Source: Chrysomallon squamiferum
Taxonomy: Eukaryota; Animalia; Mollusca
Length of the DNA: 64,000 nt
Reading direction: 5' to 3'
NCBI GenBank assembly: GCA_012295275.1
Contig: CM022665.1
Coordinates: 48,050,001 to 48,114,000 of the forward strand
Shown here: piece after piece, positions 1 through 14,200 of the stretch
How positions within the stretch are numbered: position 1 is the stretch's first letter
Layout of the letters: each line of letters starts with the position of its first letter
Position numbers and translations under genes: made by a program
The notes under the pieces: model-generated
The model's input: only the letters and a program-made list of their open reading frames with translations
What the model was told of the DNA's origin: nothing
Databases searched by the model: none

Positions 1-295
1 TTTGTATATTATTAGAACGTTTAAAGGTGTGAGTTTTATTTTGTATATTATTAGAATATACAAAGATGTAAGTTTTAGTTTGTATATTATTAGAACGTTT
101 AAAGGTGTGAGTTTTATTTTGTATATTATTAGAATATACAAAGATGTAAGTTTTAGTTTGTATATTGTTAGAACGTTTAAAGGTGTGAGTTTTAGTTTGT
201 ATATTATTAGAATATACAAAGTTGTAAGTTTTATTTTGTATATTATTAGAACGTTTAAAGGTGTGAGTTTTAGTGTTGAATGTATATTATTAGAA
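1..295. repeat. 39-bp minisatellite with two alternating variants
   Basis: tttgtatattattagaa recurs every 39 nt. Confidence 0.9.
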
Positions 296-1242
296 TGAAT
301 AATGGTGTGTGGGAAGTGTTAATTTTGCCACTCATGTAAATGCAGGGTGGGTTTGAGATATCACAATGATTTAAGTGTCTGAATGATGATTTAAGTGTCT
401 GAATGATGATTTAAGTGTCTGAATGATAGGTGTAACGAGGCTGTTGTTACACTACAGATGAAAGAAAACTAACTTGTAACGCAACCGACGTAACCCACGC
501 ATTCGCCGTAATCAAATTTTTAAAAGTCACGTAGCGCGTTGTCATGGAAACAGAGCAAGGTTTTCAATCACGTGCAAGAAGAAATGAAGCCGCCTGACGT
601 TTTCGTTTTTAAATTTTTTTTTTTTTTTTTTTTTTTGCAATCAATAAATGTACGAGTGATCTTGTTGAACAGTGATGGAGAACGGAAATCAGCAGTCTCA
701 CTGCAGCTGTTCAGTTCTTATTTTATTATTTTTATTATTGTTGTTGTTGCTATTATCGTTTTATACGACCTCAAGAGTACACAGCTATGAATGACAAGTT
801 CAGTTAGCACTCGAAAACATGTTTCGTTCATTCATTCATTCATTCATTCATTCAATTATTTATTTTATTTTATTTTATTTTATTTTATATTATTTTAATT
901 ATTAGTAGTAGTATATTCATTTTCATTATTACTGATGTTGTTGTTGTTGTTGCTGTTACAAACTGTTATTGTTTCTGCTGTTGATGTCATTGTTGTTGGT
1001 TGTGGTGATGGTGGTGGTGTTCATGTTAATCATATTTATGTTACGTTAAATAAAACACGGGCGGATATTTTAAAGCGATTTTCAAAGAAAAAAACAGAGC
1101 GTCTGTCGAATACTCTAATTACACACTCGAAACAAAACATCACTGGTGTGTTGTTGTTGATCCAGCTTAATGTAGTTACTCTCTTCCAATGAAAAACAGT
1201 ATAACGCTAAATGACAGATTAATAGTTTTATTGATTTTTAAT

Positions 1243-1280
<38 letters not shown>

Positions 1281-1386
1281 TATATTAATAAAAATAATAT
1301 TATTATAATAGTTATTATTATTATTATTTTATTATTATTTTACTGTTATTATTGTTATTATTATTTTACTGTTATTATTGTTATTA

Positions 1387-1426
<40 letters not shown>

Positions 1427-1494
1427 GTTGTTTTGTTTTGTTTTTCCTTCTTTTTTATTATTTTATTTATTATTTATTTATTTATTTACTTATA

Positions 1495-1528
<34 letters not shown>

Positions 1529-2082
1529 TTAACCTCATTTAACCATATTTAATAATATTAATAATAATGTAATAATAATAATAACAGCAACAACAATAAT
1601 TATGATCGTGATGATGATGGAGGTGAGATACAAATATATCGTTCTACCTTTGTTATTACTGTGAAAACACCGCTGTGTATGTTTATAACCTGCTACGTTA
1701 TGGACGTGTTGTGATTTGAGAGATGTACATTCTGCTGTGATTATGTCATGTTGTTCTGAACTGTCAGGTCTTGCATGTATATCTGCATCTAAATCTCGCA
1801 AATCTTTGTTTCCCGTTAATCGTTTTTCCGGTGGGATAACGAAAAAATATACTGCCATATAATTATGTTCATTGTAAATTTGAAAGAGCCTGTCTTACTA
1901 GAAAACCCCTGGCAATGCACAAAAGATGCTGTAATATATTCTGTTTGCCATGAACCTGGGTATTCAAAAATGCGTAGCACACGACTGGGTCTGGATCTCA
2001 TTCTTTGTTAATAATAAAATATGATAACAGTAAAACAACTCCAGGTTTATCGAAGGAAGTTACATCTTATACAGAAATGTAA

Positions 2083-2137
<55 letters not shown>

Positions 2138-2239
2138 TAATAATAACAACATTAAAAACAATAACAACAATAACAACAACAACAACAACAATAATAATAA
2201 TAAAAAACACGCGTGATTAGTGTTAATGTTATAAATACT

Positions 2240-2733
2240 TGGTTATTGCTGTTACAAACAGGTGATTACTTTTACTGTTATGTTACAAATAGCGGGTTAT
2301 TGCTGTTACAAACAGGTGATTACTTTTACTGTTATGTTACAAATAGCGGGTTATTGCTGTTACAAACAGGTGATTACTTTTACTGTTATGTTACAAATAG
2401 CGGGTTATTGCTGTTACAAACAGGTGATTACTTTTACTGTTATGTTACAAATAGCGGGTTATTGCTGTTACAAACAGGTGATTACTTTTACTGTTATATT
2501 ACAAATAGCGGGTTATTGCTGTTACAAACAGGTGATTACTTTTACTGTTATGTTAAAATAGCGGGTTATTGCTGTTACAAACAGGTGATTACTTTTACTG
2601 TTATGTTACAAATAGCGGGTTATTGCTGTTACAAACAGGTGATTACTTTTACTGTTATGTTACAAATAGCGGGTTATTGCTGTTACAAACAGGTGATTAC
2701 TTTTACTGTTATATTACAAATAGCGGGTTATTG
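2240..2733. repeat. 54-bp tandem repeat, about 9 copies
   Basis: gggttattgctgttacaaacaggtgattacttttactgttatgttacaaatagc. Confidence 0.95.
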
Positions 2734-2976
2734 TTCAAATACATTATTGTATTTTGTTCTTGATTTTGTTTTGTTTTTAATTATAAAAACGTTTTTCATT
2801 TTACGTATGGTTCAGAACGCTCGGAAAGCGTTTCTCCGTAATTGTTAATAAACTCACAGTAAACCTTTCCATTCTTTTTTGTTCTGGTCAAGTAAATGTC
2901 GGTGATGCTGCAGATGTTGATAGACAAGTGTTGATGCCACCATTATATCACAGTATACAAATGAATAATTATGTTT

Positions 2977-3007
<31 letters not shown>

Positions 3008-3103
3008 TTAGTATTATCATTATTTTATTATTATTATTATTATTATTATTTTAATTCGTTTATTTTTTTATTTTATCATTTTATTTATTATTTTTTTATT
3101 TAT

Positions 3104-3150
<47 letters not shown>

Positions 3151-4411
3151 TTAACCTCATTTAACCATATTTAATAATAGTAATGATAATGTAATAATAA
3201 TAATAACAGCAACAACAACAACGACAATAATAACAATTAAGATGGTGATGATGATGGAAATGAGATACAAATATATCGTTCTACTGAACACGACATTTTT
3301 ATTTTTTCAAACTATTTTATTTCTGGTTAAAGATTTCTACAATGAACAACACTAAAATAATATTTTGTACAATTTATGATTCTGAAAATAAATAGGATTT
3401 ACACAAACAAACTAGTAAATGAAATAACTTGTAATGGGTGTTATATATAAGGTAATGGCTTATAAAACTGTTCAAGAATTTATCTACCAGTGAAAAAACA
3501 CTCGACTGAACACCAGTCATTACCTTTGTTATTACTTTGAATACACCGCTGTATTGGTTTATAACCTACTACGTTATGGGTTTACGTTCATAACCTATTG
3601 CGTTATGGACTTACGTTTATAACCTATAACCTACTGCGTAATTTGAGAGATACACCTTCTGATATGATTATGTCATGTGAGTTCTGTAGTGTCGGGTGTC
3701 GCATGTTATCTGTATCAAAATCTCAAATCTTTGATCCTGTTACAGAGATGCGTGGGATACTAAAATAATTTACTGCTGTATTATTTTATTTTTTAAAATT
3801 AATTCGTTCCCTCTGAAGTGGACAGTAAAACCCGACAACGACAGACAAGAAGACAACGTGCTGCAGTTGTAACAAAACCCACTCAGCGTGCGACCTCATG
3901 CAGCCGTCAGTGAGGTCGCTACGTAGCGTGTGACGTTGTTTTCTGATATGTATTGTTGTAACACAATACCTTAGTAGTGACGTGATCAGTGACCTGCAGC
4001 CATTTTCTTAAATTCAATCCACGGTTCAGGATCTGCTCAGTAAGAATCACATGTGAAATTACGTAACAATACTTCATGAATATTAATGTTAACAATAATA
4101 CTTTTAAAGAACATAATGACCCTGGAAGTTCAACCTATCCCTCGGAATGACAAAAAAAAAAAAATTTTTGTTACTAAGTTTATTATTATCAACTTAATGC
4201 ATTTTTACTCAGAATACTTGTTATAGAATCTAGAGTGATCTCTGAATTAAGTCAATAATAATGTGCGGTTATTTGAGAACTGTTGTGGTGTCCAGACTTT
4301 ACTGGGACGAGAAAATGCAGAAAAGACTTATGTACACTTTTATTTGTTGCAATATTATGAATATATTGTAATTAGGAATGACATGAGGTGTGTCTGTGTG
4401 TGTGTGTTTGT

Positions 4412-4459
<48 letters not shown>

Positions 4460-4696
4460 TTATTTTAGATTAATAAAATGATAGTACATGCTGGTGTTAA
4501 ATAAATAAAAATAAGTGTTTTGGATATTTCGTTGAAGTATTTATTAGCAGTTGTATATGCATATATTCAGTATTGTAGAATTTAACTGCTGTTTACTAAT
4601 ACTAAGAACAATCAGTTAGTTAACAGCTGAGAGAACACACCAGAGTCTGGTCACACAAAAGAAGATGGTTTCTCAATTCTTCTTATCGTCTTTCAG

Positions 4697-4941
4697 AAGG
4701 CCCCGTTGACGTGAACGTCAGCCACTCTCACGACGACATCACGTTTAACTCTGTGATACGTGACAACAAGGACATTCAATATGGCGGCAAATGGCAACCG
4801 TCCGTCTGTCGAGCTCGTTACCGCGTGGCCATCATCATTCCTTACCGAGACAGACTGCAACACCTGGCCATCCTCCTGTCTCACCTCTTCCCGGTGTTAC
4901 GACGTCAGCAGCTCAACTTCCGCGTGTTCGTCGTGGAGCAG
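4697..4941 (+). CDS. GT7 transferase exon (GPVDVN...[10 protein letters not shown]...VFVVEQ)
   Basis: tttcag acceptor, CAG|gttagt donor, PYRDR motif. Confidence 0.92.
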
Positions 4942-6061
4942 GTTAGTCGTAGTGTAGTTAGTGTAGTCACCTTTCTGCCCCGTCACTTCGTTCTAAGCTC
5001 AGTTCTGTGACGTAATCTGACGAGATAAAGTTTAAAGTTGTAAACACAGACAACACAATAAACAAACCTGATGAGAGAATATAAAACAAATGTGTTATTA
5101 TTTTTTTTCAGAAATAACTATAAACATCCACTTTGTAAAAAAGAAAAAGTGTTACTATTTTTTCAGAAATAACTGTAAACATCCACTTTGTAAAAAAGAA
5201 AAAGTGTTACTATTTTTTCAGAAATAACTGTAAACATCCACTTTGTAAAACAGAAAAAGTGTTACTATTTTTTCAGAAATAACTGTAAACATCCACTTTG
5301 TAAAAAAGAAAAAGTGTTACTATTTTTTCACAAATAACTGTAAACATCCACTTTGTAAAAAAGAAAAAGTGTTACTATTTTTTCACAAATAACTGTAAAC
5401 ATCCACTTTGTAAAACAGAAAATGTGTTACTATTTTTTCACAAATAACTGTAAACATCCACTTTGTAAAAAAGAAAAAGTGTTACTATTTTTTCACAAAT
5501 AACTGTAAACATCCACTTTGTAAAAAAGAAAAAGTGTTACTATTTTTTCACAAATAACTGTAAACATCCAACTTTCTCACGAATGTCTCGCCTTGTTATA
5601 TTTAAACAAAATAGCTGCAAGAAGTCACGTTTGTAAAGTGTGTCTAAAGTTAGTTTTAAAACAGAACTCACGTTTGTAAAGTGTGTCTAAAGTTAGTTTT
5701 AAAACTGAACTCACGTTTGTAAAGTGTGTCTAAAGTTAGTTTTAAAACTGAACTCACGTTTGTAAAGTGTCTAAAGTTAGTTTTAAAACAACTCACGTTT
5801 GTAAAGTGTGTCTAAAGTTAGTTTTAAAACTGAACTCACGTTTGTAAAGTGTGTCTAAAGTTAGTTTTAAAACTGAACTCACGTTTGTAAAGTGTGTTGA
5901 AAATATATATGTGTAGTACGTATATTTAATACATTATTTAATACATATATCGAGTAGATACACATAAACTGTTATATTAAAATTTATATATGTAGTACAT
6001 ATATTTTACACATGATTTAATACATATATCGACTAGATGCACATAAACTGTTATATAACAA

Positions 6062-6118
<57 letters not shown>

Positions 6119-8150
6119 GTATATTTAATACATGATTTAATTTATATATTGAGTAGAATACGTGGAAAGTGTCATTCTTCTCAGTGTTTTGATAAATAAA
6201 TTTTATTAAGTCATATGTCTATAAATTATTGTAATATTAGCACGAGTAAAAATTAGATTTTTAAATCATAAATTTAACTCTAGTGCCACAAATCATGATA
6301 AAGAGAAACGGTTGAAGAGTTTATACTTTTTTTCTTTTTTTTTTGTAGTTTCCGCTAATACAAATCATGAACACGTTTCGTAAATAAAATTAAATGTTCA
6401 TATTTTGTAAAGCAATAATTTTGTTCCAATTAACGCTCTAACAGTAACTGATGAGTTGCCGCAGGGAACTGCTATAGCTACGTAATTTAATAACAACGAC
6501 AACACTTTCAGAAATCTACATGTACATGAGTCAGCACAGCTCTTTGATTCAGAAATATGAGTAATTATTTAAACCGTCGAAGTGAGACGTTGATTTACAC
6601 TGTTAATTTTATGTAAGTGTTGGTGCAATTGAGGTCCAGGTGTCACACAGTACTGCATGTGTATTAAGTGTATTTAGTGCACATATCGAGTGAGCGGATA
6701 TAAACTGTTGTTTGTGTGTGTGTGTGTCTGTGTGCGTGTGCCTGTGTGTCTGTGTGTGTGTCTGTGTGTGTCTGTGTGTCTGTGTGTGTCTGTGTGTCTG
6801 TGTGCGTGTGTCTGTGTGTCTGTGTGCGTGTGTCTGTGTGTCTGTGTGTGTGTGCGTCTGTATGTGTGTGTGTCTGTGTGTGTGTGTTTGTGTGATACTT
6901 TCATACATATATCGAAAGACTGTATATAAACTCTGGTAATAATGTGATAAAACAAATATTTAATACATGATTTAATACATGTATTGAGGAGATGCACATA
7001 AACTTATATAAAACAGATGAAAATAAACTGTTATACAAAAAAAAAATATATATATATATATATATCTGTAGTACGTATATTTAATACATTATTTAATGCA
7101 TATATCAAGATATAAACTCTTTAAAAAAGGGTTATACGATTATTTAATACTTGATTTAACACAACATAAACTGTTATATAAAAAATATGTATCTGTATTA
7201 CGTATATTTATATATATCGAGATGTAAACTCGTATAAAAATGGGAAATACGATTATTGAATACACACATGGAGTGGGTGGTTATAAACTGCTGTACAAAA
7301 AGGAAATAAAAAGTCAGTTATATTTAATTAGGATCGCTCAGTCGGTAATGACGCAATGATAACTGGGAAATAAAACAAAAAATCAATGAGAGAACTGGCC
7401 CAGTTAGCTTCTCCATTCTTTAGTCTGCTACACAATAACAACACTGCGTCAGTCAGTCGACATGCATCTTCTGTAGCATGTATACTGTAATTAATGTAAT
7501 ATGAATTAATGTAATTAATTAATAATTAATATAATATAATGTAATTAATATAATATAATGTAATTAATATAATTAATGTAATATGATATAATTAATGTAA
7601 TATAATGTAATTAATATAATTAATGTAATATGATGTAATTAATGTAATGTAATTAATGTAATTAATATAATATAATGTAATTAATGTAATATAATGCTTA
7701 TTAACATACATAGTAATGTGTTGCCATAAAAAGCCTGTGTCATATATAATAATTATAGCGTTTATTAATTATCATTATGTTACATTAAACTATTACTAAT
7801 TACAATTATTTCTTTACATTACACTGTTACTAATTACAATTACATTGCGTTAAACTATTATTAATTATCATTATGTTACATTACACTATTACTAATCACA
7901 ATTACATTCTGTTACATTATTACTAATTACAACTATATACGTTAAACTATTATTAATTATCATTATCTTGCATTAGACTAATTATAATACGTTTCACTGT
8001 TACAAATAATCATTACATTTCATTATTACACTCTGTAAACTTACATTTTTTAATATAATTGTTCTATATTTTATGAAGCTGCTTTTTCTAAACATACTGT
8101 TTCTGTATATCAATAATTTTTATATAATTTACTAATTTTTATAGTATACG

Positions 8151-8181
<31 letters not shown>

Positions 8182-11100
8182 AAACACACTTGACACAAAC
8201 ATATTTTAATATTACGTTTTCGTTTTTTAATTTCGTAATTACACAAATGAGACGATATTAACCATTTGTTTCAATAATAACAAATAGAATATGAGGTTCG
8301 TAACCATGACGAATACTGACTAACGTGTGTTTTTACATCTGACCATTGTCAGCTTATTTTAGTTATCTACTTACGTAATAATTCATCTCTGTATCAATAT
8401 TGACTTAATTGTCATTTTATTCTATGACGTATCTATTATTGCGAGTTGAAAGTCAATAACAGCTCACGAGAAACCCAGTGTCAGTTCAATGTGCATGCGT
8501 GGACAAACGTCAGAAGTCAAAGAGAGGCAAGCTGTGTCGCTGAAAACAAACATCGACAACTGCACATGTGTCAGACAAAACGCGATATTTAATATCAATT
8601 ATGTTGACTCAAGGTTCAGCTGTACACGGCTATTGTTGTGACAGAAATACAGTGTATCAAAACATTTCTACCTTTCTTACACGTTTTCTACCAGTTAGGA
8701 TGTTTGATACGAGAAATTCATTTTCTGGTCTTTTTTGATTTTCTTATTTTATCATTACGTGAGAAAAACAGCTTGCAGACGTATTTCAATTACACGTACA
8801 ACTGGCTCTGTGCTGAATTATTAGAATCCTCTCCCAGAAAAGCAACCCCCTCCCCCTGAATATCTCTAAGATTTCAGTGTTAAACGACGCTTACTTCTGT
8901 TAAAATATTATGGATTTATGGATCAACTGGATTCAGTATCTGTTTCACTGACCCCAGTCAGCAATATTGATCGCTTCACAAATAATAACGTAATTATAGG
9001 AGGAATGCCGCCATTTTGCTCGCTAACAACGCCAATTCTATAAAGTGGCCTGGTCTATGATGGTTTCGTTACGTCACAGCGCGCGATCAATTGATGGCCA
9101 ATCTTCAAATACCGTTCCTAATTGATACTGACTGAATAGCCAATTGACCACAGAAACTAATTAATGGCGTCGCGATTAATGAAAAAGCCAGCGCAGCTGA
9201 TTCTGAGTGCGTGACGTCGATCACTTGCAACATGCTGCTGTCGACTTCACGTCCACACAACAACTGTCACAGCTTTGTGTGTTGTCGTTCATAAATAAAT
9301 ATGATTTACTCTTCAGAACATCAATACTAAACTACACGACACGTATCCAAATCAATGATTAAAATTAACAACTTAAGATATGCTAAGTCGAATAACATGC
9401 ATTAAAATGAATAATACAATACATAACATACACTATGATTAACAGTTTTATATACACTAAAATTAATAATACAATACATAATATACAATAGAATTAACAA
9501 TTTCACAAGCACTAAAATAAATAACACATTATGCATTACAGTTAACAACTTCAGATAGACTAAGGTGAATAACACAATACATAACATTTACCATAATTAA
9601 CAATTTTACATACACTAAACTGAATGACACATTTTACACTAAAATTAACAGTATAACATACACTAAAATTAACAGTATAACATACAATAAAATTAATATT
9701 TTAACATACACTAAAAGCATTAACTAGTCTAACATACAATTGTTAAAAAATTCACATACACAAGATTGTATGACAAATACTAAACAGATGACTGACTGAT
9801 AATTGATTGTAAAAATTCATACACATGACGTAGTACACAAGATTGTATAACAAATACTATGCAGATGACGTAACACAGACAAGATTGTATGACGTACTAT
9901 ACACATGACGTAGTACACAAGATTGTATGACAAATACTATACACATCACATAATTACTCATAGTTTGAGGAATAAATGAGATTTCGTTTGAAGACAATAT
10001 ATTAAAATAATTTCTTGTGTTATATTTGATTCCAGTATATATTCATTCATTTTACAATTTTAATCTCACTACATTGTTGATGTTGTTGTTTATTTTTTAT
10101 TTATTTATTTATTTATTTGGTCTTTCTGTCCTTTGAGAAAATTTCCAGTTGCTAGAACTCGAACGAATTCTGACTCATCATCATCATCATCATCATTATT
10201 ATTATTTTTTATTTTTTATTTCATTTTTTTCTTTATTTTTTTTTTTTTTTTTTTGGTCGATACTGGAAGTCACCCGCAAAATATCGATTTTTCCCAAATG
10301 TCCGTCGTTTTTGTTATCAGTTGTATTCAAACAGTTTCTTCAGTAACTAGTTCTTATTTTCCATTTCATTGTGCGTTTTCCCGATCAAACCCTTGCCCAA
10401 CAATTGACTTTTATCAAAAATAGAAGATTAATGTTTTACTGTCTATTCAAAAATAAAATATCTCTAGTCTGAAGCGTTTCTTCATCAGTTTTTCTATTTC
10501 AATTTATTACACAAAAATCATACAGAGACTTCAAACGTCAGTAGCTGATATTTTATATAAAAACACACAGTTTACTTCATATAGCAACAAAACTAGGCAA
10601 AAACAAGGTATCAGCAAGCTGTAATCGACAAATTTATTCAATATTCCTGACTTTTTTACTGCATATTTATTGCAAGTCGAATGTAAAATTTTATTTATTG
10701 TAATGTATCTTTTATTTATTATGTCACGTAATAATGGCGTAGTTATATTAAAACGTGTATGAAATATGTTTTCAAAGTACGTAACTCTCTCTCTCTGTAA
10801 GTGTGTGTCTGTATGTGTGTGTGAGTGTCATGTGTACACTCGCGCATGCACACACATACACATTCCTGGAAATGGGATTTATAAAGATAATTAATATTAT
10901 GATGAATATATATATATAAATCTTTTTGTTTTTCTTTTTTTTTTGAAGTATGAAAACGGGACTTAATAAAGATAATTAATATGATGAATGATATATATAT
11001 ATTTTATTTTTTTTTTATTTTTAAACGGGACTTAATAAAAATAATTAATATGATGAATATATATATATATATATTATTTTAATTTTTTTTTTTTTTGAAG

Positions 11101-11200
11101 TATGGAAACGGGACCTAATAAAGATAATTAATATTATGATGAATATATAATTTTTTTGAAGTATGGAAACGGGACTTAATAAAGATAATTAATATTATGA

Positions 11201-11257
<57 letters not shown>

Positions 11258-14200
11258 GAAGTATGGAAACTGGACGTTCAACAAAGGCAGGATTATGAAC
11301 GCGGCTTTCAAGGAGGCTCTCAAACTCTACGACTTCCAGTGCATCGTCTTCCACGACGTCGACCTCGTGCCCGAGGACGACCGCAACATGTACACGTGTC
11401 CGTGGCAGCCACGACACATGTCAGTAGCCATCGACGAGCACGACTACAGGTAAGTCAGTGAGAGAACGAACATCAGCGAAAGATAAATTTGTTGTTTTTC
11501 TGTACCGATGGAGAAAGGCTCCCATCTATACTTAACATCCCGTCCCCTGTTACTCAAACCACACCCCGTCCCCCATCTGTAAAGCAACATCCCACCTCCT
11601 TTTTTTTTTTTAATCAATCAACCCCCCACCCCTCTGTATCAAACAGCACCCCCCCGTCCCTATCTATCAAGCGAGATCTAGTCACCTATGTCTAAATCAA
11701 CATGCCGTTCTTTGTCTGTGAACCAGACATCACAACGTACTAGTAATTCACGTCTGTTTCTTTAATTAGAAGAAGAAGACGAAAAAACATATATATTAAC
11801 TGTCCGCTTTCCCTGTGATAATGAAGATATTAATAGCTGACCCAGAAGAGCGCTGTAAACAGGTGGCGCTCGTTAGCACAGAAAAGCCTGCAGGGTGAAG
11901 TCTAACTAACGAACAGCTCCGAGTGCCTTCTTAACTTTGTCTAATCTCTGCTGCTCGCGCTGTCACGTGACCAGCAGCGCTGGAAACATGGTAGTAAGAA
12001 TACGGTGTTAAAAAAAAGAGAAAAAAAGACGTCAACGTGGACGAGGTTATAAAACCGTTTTGCAGGCGACATTTATAGAGAACTGGGATTATATTTCTCT
12101 GTAATTTTGACGGAACAGCTGTTGTCATTAGTTACTGCTGGTGATCACTGAGATAAATGACTGAGACGCGTTTTTTTATATATATTTTTTTTTTATATAT
12201 ATTCTATTTTTTTGTACTGATCACGTGATCTCTGTCCGATTTAAATTAACAACTGGACACGTGACTAACGATGTTTTCGATTAGTTGGTCGAGTCATGAT
12301 AATTTATTTTCAGAACGCATCTTTAATAACGTGTTTATGTGAAATCAATGCTTCACTTTTATCTTCAGTGACGTCTTTATGTTTCCATAAATAAATTGTT
12401 TTATTAAAGTAAAACTGAATAAAAACAGTAATCTCTCTCGACTCGGAAAAAATTGTTTCAATATAAAAAAAATTATTATTATTACTTTTATTTTTTTATT
12501 TTTAATTTAAATCAAAATTTAAACAAAAAATCATTATTTTCCGAAAATTGACGTTTATAGGCAAGTTCAGTAAATAAATTCGTTATTTTACTTATAGTAA
12601 AATAAAAACACACACACACATACATATACACACACTCACACACACACTCACAGACACACACACACACACACACACACAGACACACACACAGAGACACACA
12701 ACACACACACAGAGACACACACACACATAAACACACATATGGCATACTACTTGGAGAAGTGTTCAGTATAATGATTTCACTGAAGTATGACATACTAAAT
12801 GTAAATACTGTAGATTCTAGATGTTTTATGTGACATTGTTTCTACTGTAGACTCTAGATGTTTTATGTGACATTGTTTCCACTGTTGGTTGTAGATGCAT
12901 TTCGTTGTAGATGTTTTTTCTACATTGTTGTCTGTAGGTTTTTTATGTGACATTGTTTCTACTGTTGTCTGTAGATGTTTTATGTGACATTGTTTCCACT
13001 GCAGGTTGAAGTACGACATACTCGTTGTAGATGTTTTATGTTACATTGTTTCTACTGTAGACTGTAAATGTTTTATGTGACATTGTTTCTACTGTAGATG
13101 TTTTATGTTACATTGTTTCCACTGCAGGTTGAAGTACGACATACTCGTTGTAGATGTTTTATGTTACATTGTTTCTACTGTAGACTGTAGATGTTTTATG
13201 TGACATTGTTTCTACTGTTGTCTGTAGATGTTTTATGTGACATTGTTTCCACTGCAGGTTGAAGTACGACATACTTGTTGTAGATGTTTTATGTGTTTTG
13301 TTTTACATTGTTTCTACTGTAGATGTTTTATGTGACATTGTTTCCACTGCAGGTTGAAGTACGACATACTCGTTGTAGATGTTTTATGTTACATTGTTTC
13401 TACTGTAGACTGTAGATGTTTTATGTGACATTGTTTCTACTGTTGTCTGTAGATGTTATATGTGACATTGTTTCCACTGCAGGTTGAAGTACGACATACT
13501 CGTTGTAGATGTTTTATGTTACATTGTTTCTACTGTAGACTGTAGATGTTTTATGTGACATTGTTTCTACTGTTGTCTGTAGATGTTATATGTGACATTG
13601 TTTCCACTGCAGGTTGAAGTACGACATACTCGTTGTAGATGTTTTATGTTACATTGTTTCTACTGTAGACTGTAGATGTTTTATGTGACATTGTTTCTAC
13701 TGTTGTCTGTAGATGTTTTATGTGACATTGTTTCCACTGCAGGTTGAAGTACGACATACTCGTTGTAGATGTTTTATGTTACATTGTTTCTACTGTAGAC
13801 TGTAGATGTTTTATGTGACATTGTTTCTACTGTTGTCTGTAGATGTTTTATGTGACATTGTTTCCACTGCAGGTTGAAGTACGACATACTCGTTGTAGAT
13901 GTTTTATGTTACATTGTTTCTACTGTAGACTGTAGATGTTTTATGTGACATTGTTTCTACGTTGTAGATGTTTTGTTTTATGTGACATTGTTTCCACTGC
14001 AGGTTGAAGTACGACATACTCGTTGTAGATGTTTTATGTTACATTGTTTCTACTGTAGACTGTAGATGTTTTATGTGACATTGTTTCTACTGTTGTCTGT
14101 AGATGTTTTATGTTACATTGTTTCCACTGCAGGTTGAAGTACGACATACTCGTTGTAGATGTTTTATGTGACATTGTTTCTACTGTTGTCTGTAGATGTT

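Noticed and set aside
2213-2848. 211-aa ORF and overlapping ORFs
   Set aside because: These are translations of a 54-bp tandem repeat. Its acag|gtgatt core could be a duplicated junction, but I found no adjacent exon.
6609-6997. His/Thr-rich and Cys/Val-rich ORFs
   Set aside because: (GT)n microsatellite translations.
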